Counted from the first letter of the stretch, positions 1-6,874 are shown. The stretch: 11,067 bases of DNA from an uncultured archaeon (GCA_937921735.1 CAKZTQ010000027.1:1-11067), one strand, 5' to 3'. Notes: generated from the letters alone by a model not told the origin. Translations and numbers: made by a program.

Positions 1-394
1 CCCGATCGTTGGTGAGGAAAGCTGTGGCTCCCGCAACCCTCGCTGTGGCTAGATGCAAGGCATCTGGGGTGCGCAACCCGTAAGCTGCTCGAAGCCGCGC
101 CGCCTCCGCCGCCACCTCCACCTCCGGCGCCACATATCTGAGGTTGGGGATCCCCAACAGGTGCCTCAGGGCCTCGCGTCCGCTCTCCTCCCCTTTCTCC
201 CAAGGCTTCGCCAAGAACTCCGTAATACACAATGTCGAAGCCACAACATCCACCTCGCCCCTGGCCAGGGCAGCAAAGAGGGCCTCAGTGAACGCAGAAT
301 AAGGCGGTACGTCCTCGAAGTGGTAGATGAGAAGAGAGGTATCCACCGCGAGAATCTTGTGCTTCTTAAGGATCTTCCTCAGGACATCTTCCAA
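1..394 (-). CDS. vapC: PIN-domain VapC toxin (3' end runs off the window)
   Basis: Not in the ORF track; manual translation from TTG at 394 (GGAG upstream): MEDVLRKILKKHKILAVDTSLLIYHFE...STLCITEFL...AARLRAAYGLRTPDALHLATARVAGATAFLTNDR. Has the PIN acidic motifs VDT, E, DAL and TND, and overlaps the antitoxin stop. Confidence 0.92.
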   Translation of the reverse strand, partial: MEDVLRKILKKHKILAVDTSLLIYHFEDVPPYSAFTEALFAALARGEVDVVASTLCITEFLAKPWEKGEESGREALRHLLGIPNLRYVAPEVEVAAEAARLRAAYGLRTPDALHLATARVAGATAFLTNDR

Positions 395-627
395 GAGTCG
401 CGCTCCGCCTGGAGATAGGCCTGGATGGCCTCCTTGGTGCCGAAGGTGCCCCGCAGGGCGCCGCGGCTCCGTCGCGCATACTCCTCGGGCGCGGTGAGGA
501 TCACCCTTCCTCCCTCCAGCCCCACAAGCAACCTGTCCCCTTCCTTAAGCCCCAAGGCCTCCCGGATCTCCTTGGGGATCACAAGCTGGCCCTTCCTCCC
601 TAGCTTGACCGTTTTCAGTTTGGTCAT
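379..627 (-). CDS. vapB: AbrB/MazE/SpoVT-family antitoxin (VapB), 82 aa
   Basis: MTKLKTVKLGRKGQLVIPKEIREALGLKEGDRLLV is the AbrB swapped-hairpin signature. Lies directly upstream of the PIN gene and overlaps it. Start taken as ATG 627 rather than 912. Confidence 0.92.
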   Translation of the reverse strand: MTKLKTVKLGRKGQLVIPKEIREALGLKEGDRLLVGLEGGRVILTAPEEYARRSRGALRGTFGTKEAIQAYLQAERDSWKMS

Positions 628-700
628 ACCGCTTAACCTTATTCTAACCATAGACAGCTGGCCTTGCCGCTCCAGCCGCGGTGCACTAAGGTTGCCCGCC
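628..700. promoter_or_regulatory. Divergent promoter region for vapBC and the resolvase
   Basis: + strand TTGCCG(664-669)-17 bp-TAAGGT(687-692), ending 8 nt before ATG 701 with no SD. - strand TAGAAT (646-641), 13 nt before ATG 627. Confidence 0.5.
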
Positions 701-1288
701 ATGAGGCTGATCGGGTACATCCGTGTTTCCTCTGTATCGCAAACCCAAGGCTTTGGTTTGGAGGTGCAGCGCCAAGCCATCGAGCAGTACTGCGCCATCC
801 ATGGCCACGAGCTCCTCGGTATCGAGGAGGAGGTCCGCTCTGCGGTCAAAACCCGCCCGATCTTCGACAAGGTCAAGGAGAAGGTCCTGAACGGGAAAGC
901 TGATGGGCTCATCGCTTATCGGCTGGACCGCATCGGTCGCTCCGTGAAGGACTTGGCTAACATCGCCGACGAGTTTCAAAGGGCTGGCAAGGCTCTTATC
1001 TTTGTGCAGAACGCCATCGACACCAGCACCCCGGAGGGGAAGCTTCTTTTCAACCTCCTGGCGGCCATTGCAGAGTACGAGCGAACCCTTCTCTTGGAGC
1101 GCACGAGGGCCGGCCGGGAGCTCGCCGAGAAGCAGGGCAAAATCTGCCATCGGCCCCGCACCCCTATCGACCCCAAGATCCTTGCGGAGATGAAGAAAAA
1201 GGGTGTGTCCCATCGAATGATGGCTAAAACACTGAGCATCTCCCGTACCACACTTCTGAAGCGTTTAAGCGAACTCGGGCTGCGTTAG
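701..1288 (+). CDS. Small serine recombinase (resolvase/invertase family), 195 aa
   Basis: MRLIGYIRVSS (catalytic Ser), YRLDRIGRS, IDTSTPEGKLLFNLLAAIAEYER, ERTRAGR, and a C-terminal HTH (SHRMMAKTLSISRTTL). Confidence 0.95.
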   Translation: MRLIGYIRVSSVSQTQGFGLEVQRQAIEQYCAIHGHELLGIEEEVRSAVKTRPIFDKVKEKVLNGKADGLIAYRLDRIGRSVKDLANIADEFQRAGKALIFVQNAIDTSTPEGKLLFNLLAAIAEYERTLLLERTRAGRELAEKQGKICHRPRTPIDPKILAEMKKKGVSHRMMAKTLSISRTTLLKRLSELGLR

Positions 1289-1315
1289 CGGCCTTTGTGC
1301 AAGGCCGTCCACCCG

Positions 1316-1343
1316 GCGGAGACGCGAAGGGTCCGCTTATTTT
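1316..1343 (+). terminator. Probable intrinsic terminator after the resolvase
   Basis: GCGGA(1316-1320)...TCCGC(1332-1336) stem followed by TTATTTT. A second hairpin CGGCCTT/AAGGCCG lies at 1289-1307. Confidence 0.45.
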
Positions 1344-1379
1344 CAGCATCTCCCTTGTTTCATTAGCGGCCGAGCAGTG

Positions 1380-1399
1380 AGAGCGACATATGTCGCTCT
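1380..1399. repeat. Perfect 20-bp palindrome AGAGCGACATATGTCGCTCT
   Basis: Exact self-complementary sequence in the resolvase-HTH intergenic region; function unknown. Confidence 0.9.
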
Positions 1400-1413
1400 T
1401 TTCCTATCAGCAC

Positions 1414-1466
1414 TTGCACATTGTGCAGCGACGACTACAATAATTTTCAAAAAATCTCAAAGGAGG
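1414..1466 (+). promoter_or_regulatory. Sigma70-type promoter, operator-like inverted repeat and RBS for the main operon
   Basis: TTGCAC(1414-1419)-16 bp-TACAAT(1436-1441). TGCACA-T-TGTGCA (1415-1427) overlaps the -35. AGGAGG at 1461-1466. Confidence 0.6.
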
Positions 1467-1471
1467 TGACT

Positions 1472-1678
1472 ATGCAGGTGTACTCTATACCTGAGATTGC
1501 CCAAATGCTTGGGGTGCACCGGGCTACTGTGCACCGCTGGGTTCAAAAAGGGTTCCTCCCCGCAATCCGCGTGGGCACAGGCCGCAAGATCTATCTCCTT
1601 CCTGAAGAAGCCGTTCAAGCCGTCTGGCTTAGTAAGCCCCGCCTGCAGAGGAAAAGACAAACGCTTAAGCCATCTTGA
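1472..1678 (+). CDS. Excisionase-like/MerR-type HTH (HTH_17) DNA-binding protein, 68 aa
   Basis: YSIPEIAQMLGVHRATVHRWVQKGFLPAIRVG matches the xis-like HTH pattern; strong AGGAGG RBS before ATG 1472. Confidence 0.88.
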   Translation: MQVYSIPEIAQMLGVHRATVHRWVQKGFLPAIRVGTGRKIYLLPEEAVQAVWLSKPRLQRKRQTLKPS

Positions 1679-1684
1679 ACGCAG

Positions 1685-2221
1685 ATGTCTCTGATCATTT
1701 TGGTTATTGCTTCGGTGCTGCTCCTTTGGGCGAGCAGTGCATCTCCGCCCACCTTGGAGCTTGTTCTTACGGACACCCTAGGCCTTTACGCCCGTAACGA
1801 AGTCCAGTGGCCGGAGGGGACGCTTACGGTGCGCGCTGGCTTAGCTTGGGGCGAGAACGGTGCCTCGCCGGAGGTCCTCGTCTCCTACACCCCTTGGACG
1901 CCCATGGTCACTATTTCCTGGTCCTGCGACTCCCTCGCGTGCATCCTTGTCCAACCAGGCCAAGAAATCACGGAAGGCCAGCTCATTGGGTACATCTCGG
2001 CTAAAGAGCAGGCCCGTGCCGCGGCCCTCGCTGAGCGTCTGCCCCAGATCCAAGACGAACTCGTGGCCGCGGAAGTCCACGCAGAGCTAGGAAAGATCAC
2101 ACAAGAGAACGAAATCCGGGCTCTGGTGCCTGGTCGTGTCCTCCGGGTGGAGGTGGAGCAGCTTGGCCGCACTCTAAAGGTGCGCGTGCTGGTGTTATGC
2201 AAAATACAACGCACTTTGTAA
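1685..2221 (+). CDS. Secreted or membrane-anchored protein with a lipoyl-like/helical-hairpin (MFP/HlyD-like) domain, 178 aa
   Basis: Hydrophobic N-terminus (MSLIILVIASVLLLWASSA). ILVQPGQEITEGQLIGY half-lipoyl motif, then a helical stretch, then IRALVPGRVLRVEV as the second half-lipoyl motif. Confidence 0.65.
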   Translation: MSLIILVIASVLLLWASSASPPTLELVLTDTLGLYARNEVQWPEGTLTVRAGLAWGENGASPEVLVSYTPWTPMVTISWSCDSLACILVQPGQEITEGQLIGYISAKEQARAAALAERLPQIQDELVAAEVHAELGKITQENEIRALVPGRVLRVEVEQLGRTLKVRVLVLCKIQRTL

Positions 2222-3369
2222 GAGGGAAAAAATTTTTTGCTGAAATAGATTCTGCTCCGTCTGTCGCGGCCGGCCACCCGCCTCCACTCTCCCCTAAAGC
2301 CCAGAGGCTAGCAGAGATCCTGTTGGCCAGATCCAGGGCAGGGACGTGCGTCGTCTCCCAGTATGAGCTCTGCAGGCTGACGGGCTGGAGCCGTGTCACC
2401 GTCTGGCGCTACCTCACCGAGCTCAGGGAAAAGGGCCTCATCAGGTGGGACCGGCGGAAGAGATTGCCCAACGTCTACCGTTTCGCTGATCGCCTCATTG
2501 ATGCTAAAGCTGCTGAACATGAGGCGCTTTTGCCCCCGGCGCTGCGACAGGCCGTAACCCAGGGGCACAACGTGCTGATCCTTGGCCCAGAGGGGATCGG
2601 CAAGACGTTCCAACTTTCCCTCCTCTCCCAGGATGGTTTGAGCGAGCGTGTTGTGTTGCGCCTCCCCGGTGGCACCATCCGCGACGTCTTGACGTCCCTC
2701 TGGGACACGCTCGCCGAGCTAGAGGCCCAGAGGGACGTGGAGTCCACCCGCAAGACCGTGAAGGAGCTCGCAGCGGAAGTACTCTCTGCCCTGAGCCGTT
2801 CCCGCCGAACCTTCATGGTGCTGGCGGACGATGTGGACCGTGCACCACCCAGCTTGCGCCGCTTCCTTTTGGGTCTTCTCTCCCTCTACAACGTCCAGGT
2901 GGTGGCCACAGCCACAGACGAGGCCCAGGTGGCGGATCTGGTGGACCATTTCCTGGTCTTCCCGCTGCCGCCCCTGTCCCAGGAGCAAACAGCGCGCTGG
3001 GTGCGGGACTTCGTGGCCTCTCGGCGCATTCCTGTCCTCGGTGGGGAACGAGGCCTGAGCAAGCTCCAAAGACTGGTCTACCTCCGCAGCCAAGGTAACC
3101 CCCGCAAAATCCAGGCCCTACTTAAGAAGATCGAGGCCCAAGGCTATGTGGACCGAAGATCTCTCCGTGAGGAGCTCCTCGTCGGGGGACGCTTCCAATT
3201 TGTGGACATGACCTGGATCCTCATCCTCACTGCCGCCCTGGCCCTGGCCATCCGCTACCTCTCCTTGGGCTTTCACGACCGCACCCTGTACGTCCTGGCA
3301 GGTCTTACCTACGCAGCAGGCATGCTCATGCGCTGGTTCTCGTATCAGTGGAGGAGGAAGAAGAAATGA
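2197..3369 (+). CDS. Winged-HTH + AAA+ ATPase + two C-terminal TM helices, 390 aa (exact start uncertain)
   Basis: wHTH SQYELCRLTGWSRVTVWRYLTELREKGLI; Walker A GPEGIGKT; Walker B MVLADD; GNPR sensor-2-like motif. Hydrophobic segments WILILTAALALAI and LYVLAGLTYAAGMLM are followed by RRKKK. Confidence 0.85.
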   Translation: MQNTTHFVRGKKFFAEIDSAPSVAAGHPPPLSPKAQRLAEILLARSRAGTCVVSQYELCRLTGWSRVTVWRYLTELREKGLIRWDRRKRLPNVYRFADRLIDAKAAEHEALLPPALRQAVTQGHNVLILGPEGIGKTFQLSLLSQDGLSERVVLRLPGGTIRDVLTSLWDTLAELEAQRDVESTRKTVKELAAEVLSALSRSRRTFMVLADDVDRAPPSLRRFLLGLLSLYNVQVVATATDEAQVADLVDHFLVFPLPPLSQEQTARWVRDFVASRRIPVLGGERGLSKLQRLVYLRSQGNPRKIQALLKKIEAQGYVDRRSLREELLVGGRFQFVDMTWILILTAALALAIRYLSLGFHDRTLYVLAGLTYAAGMLMRWFSYQWRRKKK

Positions 3370-5309
3370 GGCTGCGCACGCATATGCTCAGTAGTCCCTT
3401 CTTCCTTGTGTTGGCGTCTCTTTTTGCGGGGACGCCTCTGGCGCCGGTCGGACCTGTGCTAGCCGCTACGACTGTTGGCGCAGCCTTGCCGGAGGTGGAT
3501 AAGCCTCACAGTCTAGTAGGCCGGCTCTTCCCTTTTTCCGCGTGGATCCACGAGCGCTTCGGCCACCGCGGCCTCACCCATTCTCTCTTGGGCCTGGCCT
3601 TGGTCGCAGGCTTGGCTGCGCCTCTTGCCCTCTTTGCCCGTTCTGTCTGGCTCGCCCTCCTTGTGGGCTACACCTCGCACCTCGTCCTGGATATGGCCAC
3701 GCTGGAGGGCGTGCCGCTCCTTTGGCCCAAGCGCACTCGCCATGTCTTCCCAGGCCGTGACAACCTCCGCATTGACCAATCCTCGCCCGCGGCGGAGCGC
3801 AAGGAGCTAGCCCTCTCCGCCATCATGGTAGCCGGAGCCCTGGCCCTGTGGCCGCTCACGCAAACCGGGCTCACCAGCACCCTCCGCCGCGCCCTGGGGA
3901 CGCTTCCGGAGAGCCTGCCCGAGTACCGCAAACTAGCGGGCGAGTACGAAGTCTTCCTCACTGGCACCTTACAGGATAGGTTGACCGGTCTATCCCACGA
4001 GGGTGAGTGGCCCATCGTGGGAACCTACGGCAATGGCTACCTGATCCGTGTGGGCGAAGAGCTACGGCTGGTGAGCGAAGAGGGCGGGAGCCTCCATCCA
4101 GTGCGTGTGGCTCTGAGGAAGGGCACGCCAATCCATGTCGTTGTGCAAGAGTGGTCCTTCACTGGCCCGATACACCGCCTCTTAGCCGGCATCGACGCCA
4201 AGGTCGAGCACTATATCACCGGCACCTTACGCCTGGATAGACCTGTGTCCTTGACCTTCTCGCCCGCAGCGTTCCCCACCATTCAAGGCCGCGAGCATCT
4301 GACTCTGACCTATGCCCGTACTCAGGACCTCGCAGCTTTGGCAGACGCTGGGGTGGTGGAGGGCCGACTGCAGGTGATATACCGCTTGCGGCCAGGCCAA
4401 AGCATCTCCGTAACCACGGAGGCCTCTCGGCCGCCCGAAGCGAGGCCTCTGGAGATGAAGCTGAGACTACAGTCCCTTTCGGACCTCTTGGTGGGTGAGG
4501 GTGATGTCGTAGCGGAGGGCGAGCTCATGGGCTACGCCTACGTGCCTGAGCTGGCACAGAAACGGCAAGAGCTTGCTCTCGCCCAGGAGCGCTACCAAGG
4601 AGGCCTTATCTCTGCGGTCGAGCTGGCGAAGCTCTCCGCAGAAGTGGAGGCCCTGGAGGAGCGCGCTGCCATATACGCCAAGTTTTCCGGGAAGGTGCGG
4701 GAGATCCGACTCCTAGGCGCAGACGCCGGAAGCGTAGAGGTTGTGGTGGTAATGGTGCCGTCCTCGGTAACAGAGGTAGTGGGAGGCAGGGTCTTGGGAA
4801 CCTCCGCCACCCCGAGCTCAGAGCTTTTGCCCTTCTACCGCGCGTTGCCGGAGCTGTCGGTGGATCACGGGGAAGTAACCTACGTGGTCAAAGCCATCGA
4901 CGGCGACACTGTGCAGATCCTCTACCAGGGGCGAGCACAAAGCGCGAGGCTAGTGGGCTTGGACACCCCGGAGACCAAGCATCCGCGCAAAGGGGTGGAG
5001 TGCTTCGGCCCAGAGGCCTCTCGCTACACCAGCACCACCCTGCCCCGCGGCACCGAAGTGCGCATCACGTTCAACCCCTTGGGCCAGAAGCGTGATAAAT
5101 ACGACCGGCTTTTGGTGTACCTATGGGTCCAGCTCGACGACGACGAGCCGCTAGAGCTGTTCAACGCCGCCCTAATCCGCCTGGGCTATGCCCGCATGTA
5201 CCCATTCTTCAAGTTCGACCGGGCCCAGGAGTTTCGGAACCTGGAGGACATGGCCCGGAAGGAGGCGCGCGGCCTGTGGGGAGCGTGCGGATATGAGCCG
5301 TACCGGTGA
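3366..5309 (+). CDS. Fusion protein: YdjM-family membrane metal-dependent hydrolase + MFP-like domain + thermonuclease (SNase), 647 aa
   Basis: ATGA overlap with the ATPase stop. YdjM motifs RTH, GAALPEVD, HRGLTHS, GYTSHLVLDMAT..GVPLLWP. MFP-like LLVGEGDVVAEGELMGY...IYAKFSGKVREI. SNase motifs IDGDT, RLVGLDTPE, DKYDRLL, ARKEARGLW. Confidence 0.9.
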   Translation: MRLRTHMLSSPFFLVLASLFAGTPLAPVGPVLAATTVGAALPEVDKPHSLVGRLFPFSAWIHERFGHRGLTHSLLGLALVAGLAAPLALFARSVWLALLVGYTSHLVLDMATLEGVPLLWPKRTRHVFPGRDNLRIDQSSPAAERKELALSAIMVAGALALWPLTQTGLTSTLRRALGTLPESLPEYRKLAGEYEVFLTGTLQDRLTGLSHEGEWPIVGTYGNGYLIRVGEELRLVSEEGGSLHPVRVALRKGTPIHVVVQEWSFTGPIHRLLAGIDAKVEHYITGTLRLDRPVSLTFSPAAFPTIQGREHLTLTYARTQDLAALADAGVVEGRLQVIYRLRPGQSISVTTEASRPPEARPLEMKLRLQSLSDLLVGEGDVVAEGELMGYAYVPELAQKRQELALAQERYQGGLISAVELAKLSAEVEALEERAAIYAKFSGKVREIRLLGADAGSVEVVVVMVPSSVTEVVGGRVLGTSATPSSELLPFYRALPELSVDHGEVTYVVKAIDGDTVQILYQGRAQSARLVGLDTPETKHPRKGVECFGPEASRYTSTTLPRGTEVRITFNPLGQKRDKYDRLLVYLWVQLDDDEPLELFNAALIRLGYARMYPFFKFDRAQEFRNLEDMARKEARGLWGACGYEPYR

Positions 5310-5670
5310 GCGTTTGCGTGGGTCCTTTGTGGTGCCGGGCCGGCCGGTGCCGGCCCAGCGCATGACCCGCTACGGCAAGTGGCGCGAGCGGGCCAAGAAG
5401 AGCCTGGAGTATCAAAAGCTCGTGGCCCTAACGGCCTGGGCCGCCCAGGTCCCACAGTTCACAGGCCCTGTGAAACTCACCTGCCGCTTCTTCTTCCGCA
5501 ACGGCCAGCACGGCGACCTCAGCAACCTTGTGAAGTCCATCGAAGATGGACTTCAGTACGGCGGGATCCTTGTGAACGACCGGCAGGTGATCCGGTACGG
5601 CGAAGGAACCGGGATTTACTTCGGCCCGGAGGAGCGGGCCGAGGTATGGATTGAGGAGGTGGACCCGTGA
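5293..5670 (+). CDS. rusA: RusA-family Holliday junction resolvase-like protein, 125 aa
   Basis: FVVPGRPVP..R, FTGPVKLTCRFFF, GDLSNLVKSIEDGL, ILVNDRQV and terminal ERAEVWIEE follow the RusA pattern. Confidence 0.8.
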   Translation: MSRTGERLRGSFVVPGRPVPAQRMTRYGKWRERAKKSLEYQKLVALTAWAAQVPQFTGPVKLTCRFFFRNGQHGDLSNLVKSIEDGLQYGGILVNDRQVIRYGEGTGIYFGPEERAEVWIEEVDP

Positions 5671-5939
5671 ACCGGCGGAAAGGATATCAGACCCGATGGA
5701 GGGCATTCGTGACCACCCGCGGCGAGCGCACGGAGTGGTTGCAGCTCCATGCCGGCCACTGGCGCTTGGTACAGCCTGAGGGAGACGCGCAGGTATTCCG
5801 TGGGCCCCGCGGCTGGGCCGCCGTCATAGGTGGGAAGTTTGTGGACTACTACCCTACGCGGGCCCTGGCCATGGAGGCGGCTTTGGAGTGGCTGCGCCAG
5901 CAGGCCACCCTGGCCGAGCAGGAACAGCCATGGACCTAG
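5667..5939 (+). CDS. Hypothetical protein, 90 aa
   Basis: GTGA overlap with the rusA stop and GAGGAGG upstream; operon-like packing; no family recognised. Confidence 0.7.
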   Translation: MNRRKGYQTRWRAFVTTRGERTEWLQLHAGHWRLVQPEGDAQVFRGPRGWAAVIGGKFVDYYPTRALAMEAALEWLRQQATLAEQEQPWT

Positions 5940-6235
5940 AGCGAGCAGTGTTTTTCCTGCTGATCTCTATAACCGTCGCTCTGGCCCTCCGCGCAGCACT
6001 CAACCCCGCGCCCGCACCGAGTGCAGCCGAGCGTGTGCTCCTCGACGCCCAACGAAACCTGGCCCGGATCCGCCAGCTTTCGGAGGATCCACCGCCCTCC
6101 TACGAGGAGGCCCTGGCCAGGCTGTCCCGCATCTACGAGCTGGCACATCGCGTACACGTCCTTTTGGCAAAGCTCGAGGTGCTCGTGGTACAATGCCCGC
6201 GGGAGGGAACTGGGGGACCCATGGACTCTCCCTAA
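5930..6235 (+). CDS. Small protein with N-terminal TM/signal segment and helical body, 101 aa
   Basis: MDLERAVFFLLISITVALAL hydrophobic anchor, then amphipathic helices. Overlaps the previous gene and is followed by a hairpin and T-tract. Confidence 0.7.
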   Translation: MDLERAVFFLLISITVALALRAALNPAPAPSAAERVLLDAQRNLARIRQLSEDPPPSYEEALARLSRIYELAHRVHVLLAKLEVLVVQCPREGTGGPMDSP

Positions 6236-6264
6236 CGTCTAGATCCTCCGCTCCTTCCCGCCAT

Positions 6265-6321
6265 GCTGACCGTGGGCGCCGGCTGCCATGCCGGCGCCCG
6301 TTGCACCGTCGGCGCTTTTTT
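6265..6321 (+). terminator. Probable terminator of the main operon
   Basis: GGGCGCCGGC(6274-6283)/GCCGGCGCCC(6290-6299) perfect 10-bp stem, outer GCTGAC/GTCGGC pairing, T6 at 6316-6321. Confidence 0.55.
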
Positions 6322-6324
6322 GAG

Positions 6325-6837
6325 GTGATCCTCGGCAGCTCGCCGGCCCCTCGGCAAATTGCTGCCGCAAATTGCCGGGCCGGCTCGCTTGCCTCGGGAG
6401 GCGGCGGGGCTTCGCCGGATCGGCCCGCGCGGCACCGGCGCAACACGTGCGTGCCCACGAGTTGCTGTGCCTTGCGCTTCGCGCATGCCGCGCGCGCCTC
6501 CCGGCTCATCCCCGCCGCCAAACCGCCTGATCACAAGCCGCGTTTAACACAGCCCGGCTAAAACCGCCGTAAATCGCCTCCGTCGAAGGACCATGGTCCC
6601 CCCCACCCGGAGGCCATTTTTGGGGCTCTTTATGGGGATAGGGGACGCGCTCGGCCCACGCTCGGCCACGCGGCCGTTTCGCGTCGGCCGCCCGGCCCTG
6701 GCGGGCCTTGGGCCTCGCGCGGTCCTCGCTTGAGCTGCGCGCGTCCTCGCGGGCCCCCCGTCCCCGCTCGGCCGCGCTCCGCAGGGCGGCGGAGCCTCCT
6801 CGCTGCGCTGCGGGGTCTCCGCCGCGGAGCTCCCTGC
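6325..6837. repeat. Two clusters of nested inverted repeats (multi-branched fold; sso/ssi-like or structured RNA)
   Basis: Pairs 6325-6330/6529-6534, 6342-6349/6377-6384, 6400-6409/6510-6519, 6427-6434/6486-6493, 6643-6650/6739-6746, 6776-6782/6824-6830, 6788-6794/6817-6823. No credible ORF here. Confidence 0.65.
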
Positions 6838-6874
6838 CGTCCTCCCCCACCCGCCCGCCCTGAGGAACGAAAAA

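Noticed and set aside
53-418. + strand 121-aa ORF and other antisense ORFs (e.g. 7561-8283, 8845-9315, 10054-10737)
   Set aside because: Shadows of well-supported genes on the opposite strand, expected at high GC.
425-912. Long N-terminal extensions of the resolvase (from 425) and AbrB (from 912) ORFs
   Set aside because: They overlap each other on opposite strands; family motifs begin at 701 and 627 respectively.
701-1678. IS607-like transposon (serine recombinase + MerR-type HTH)
   Set aside because: The recombinase has a C-terminal HTH as in resolvases, the HTH gene is separate and downstream, and there is no tnpB.
2227-2238. A6T6 palindrome as a frameshift or regulatory site
   Set aside because: It lies after the upstream stop and the ATPase frame is open through it; there is no further support.
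1685-4760. Drug efflux or type I secretion system suggested by the HlyD-like motifs
   Set aside because: No ABC, RND, MFS or TolC gene is present, and the ATPase lacks an ABC signature.
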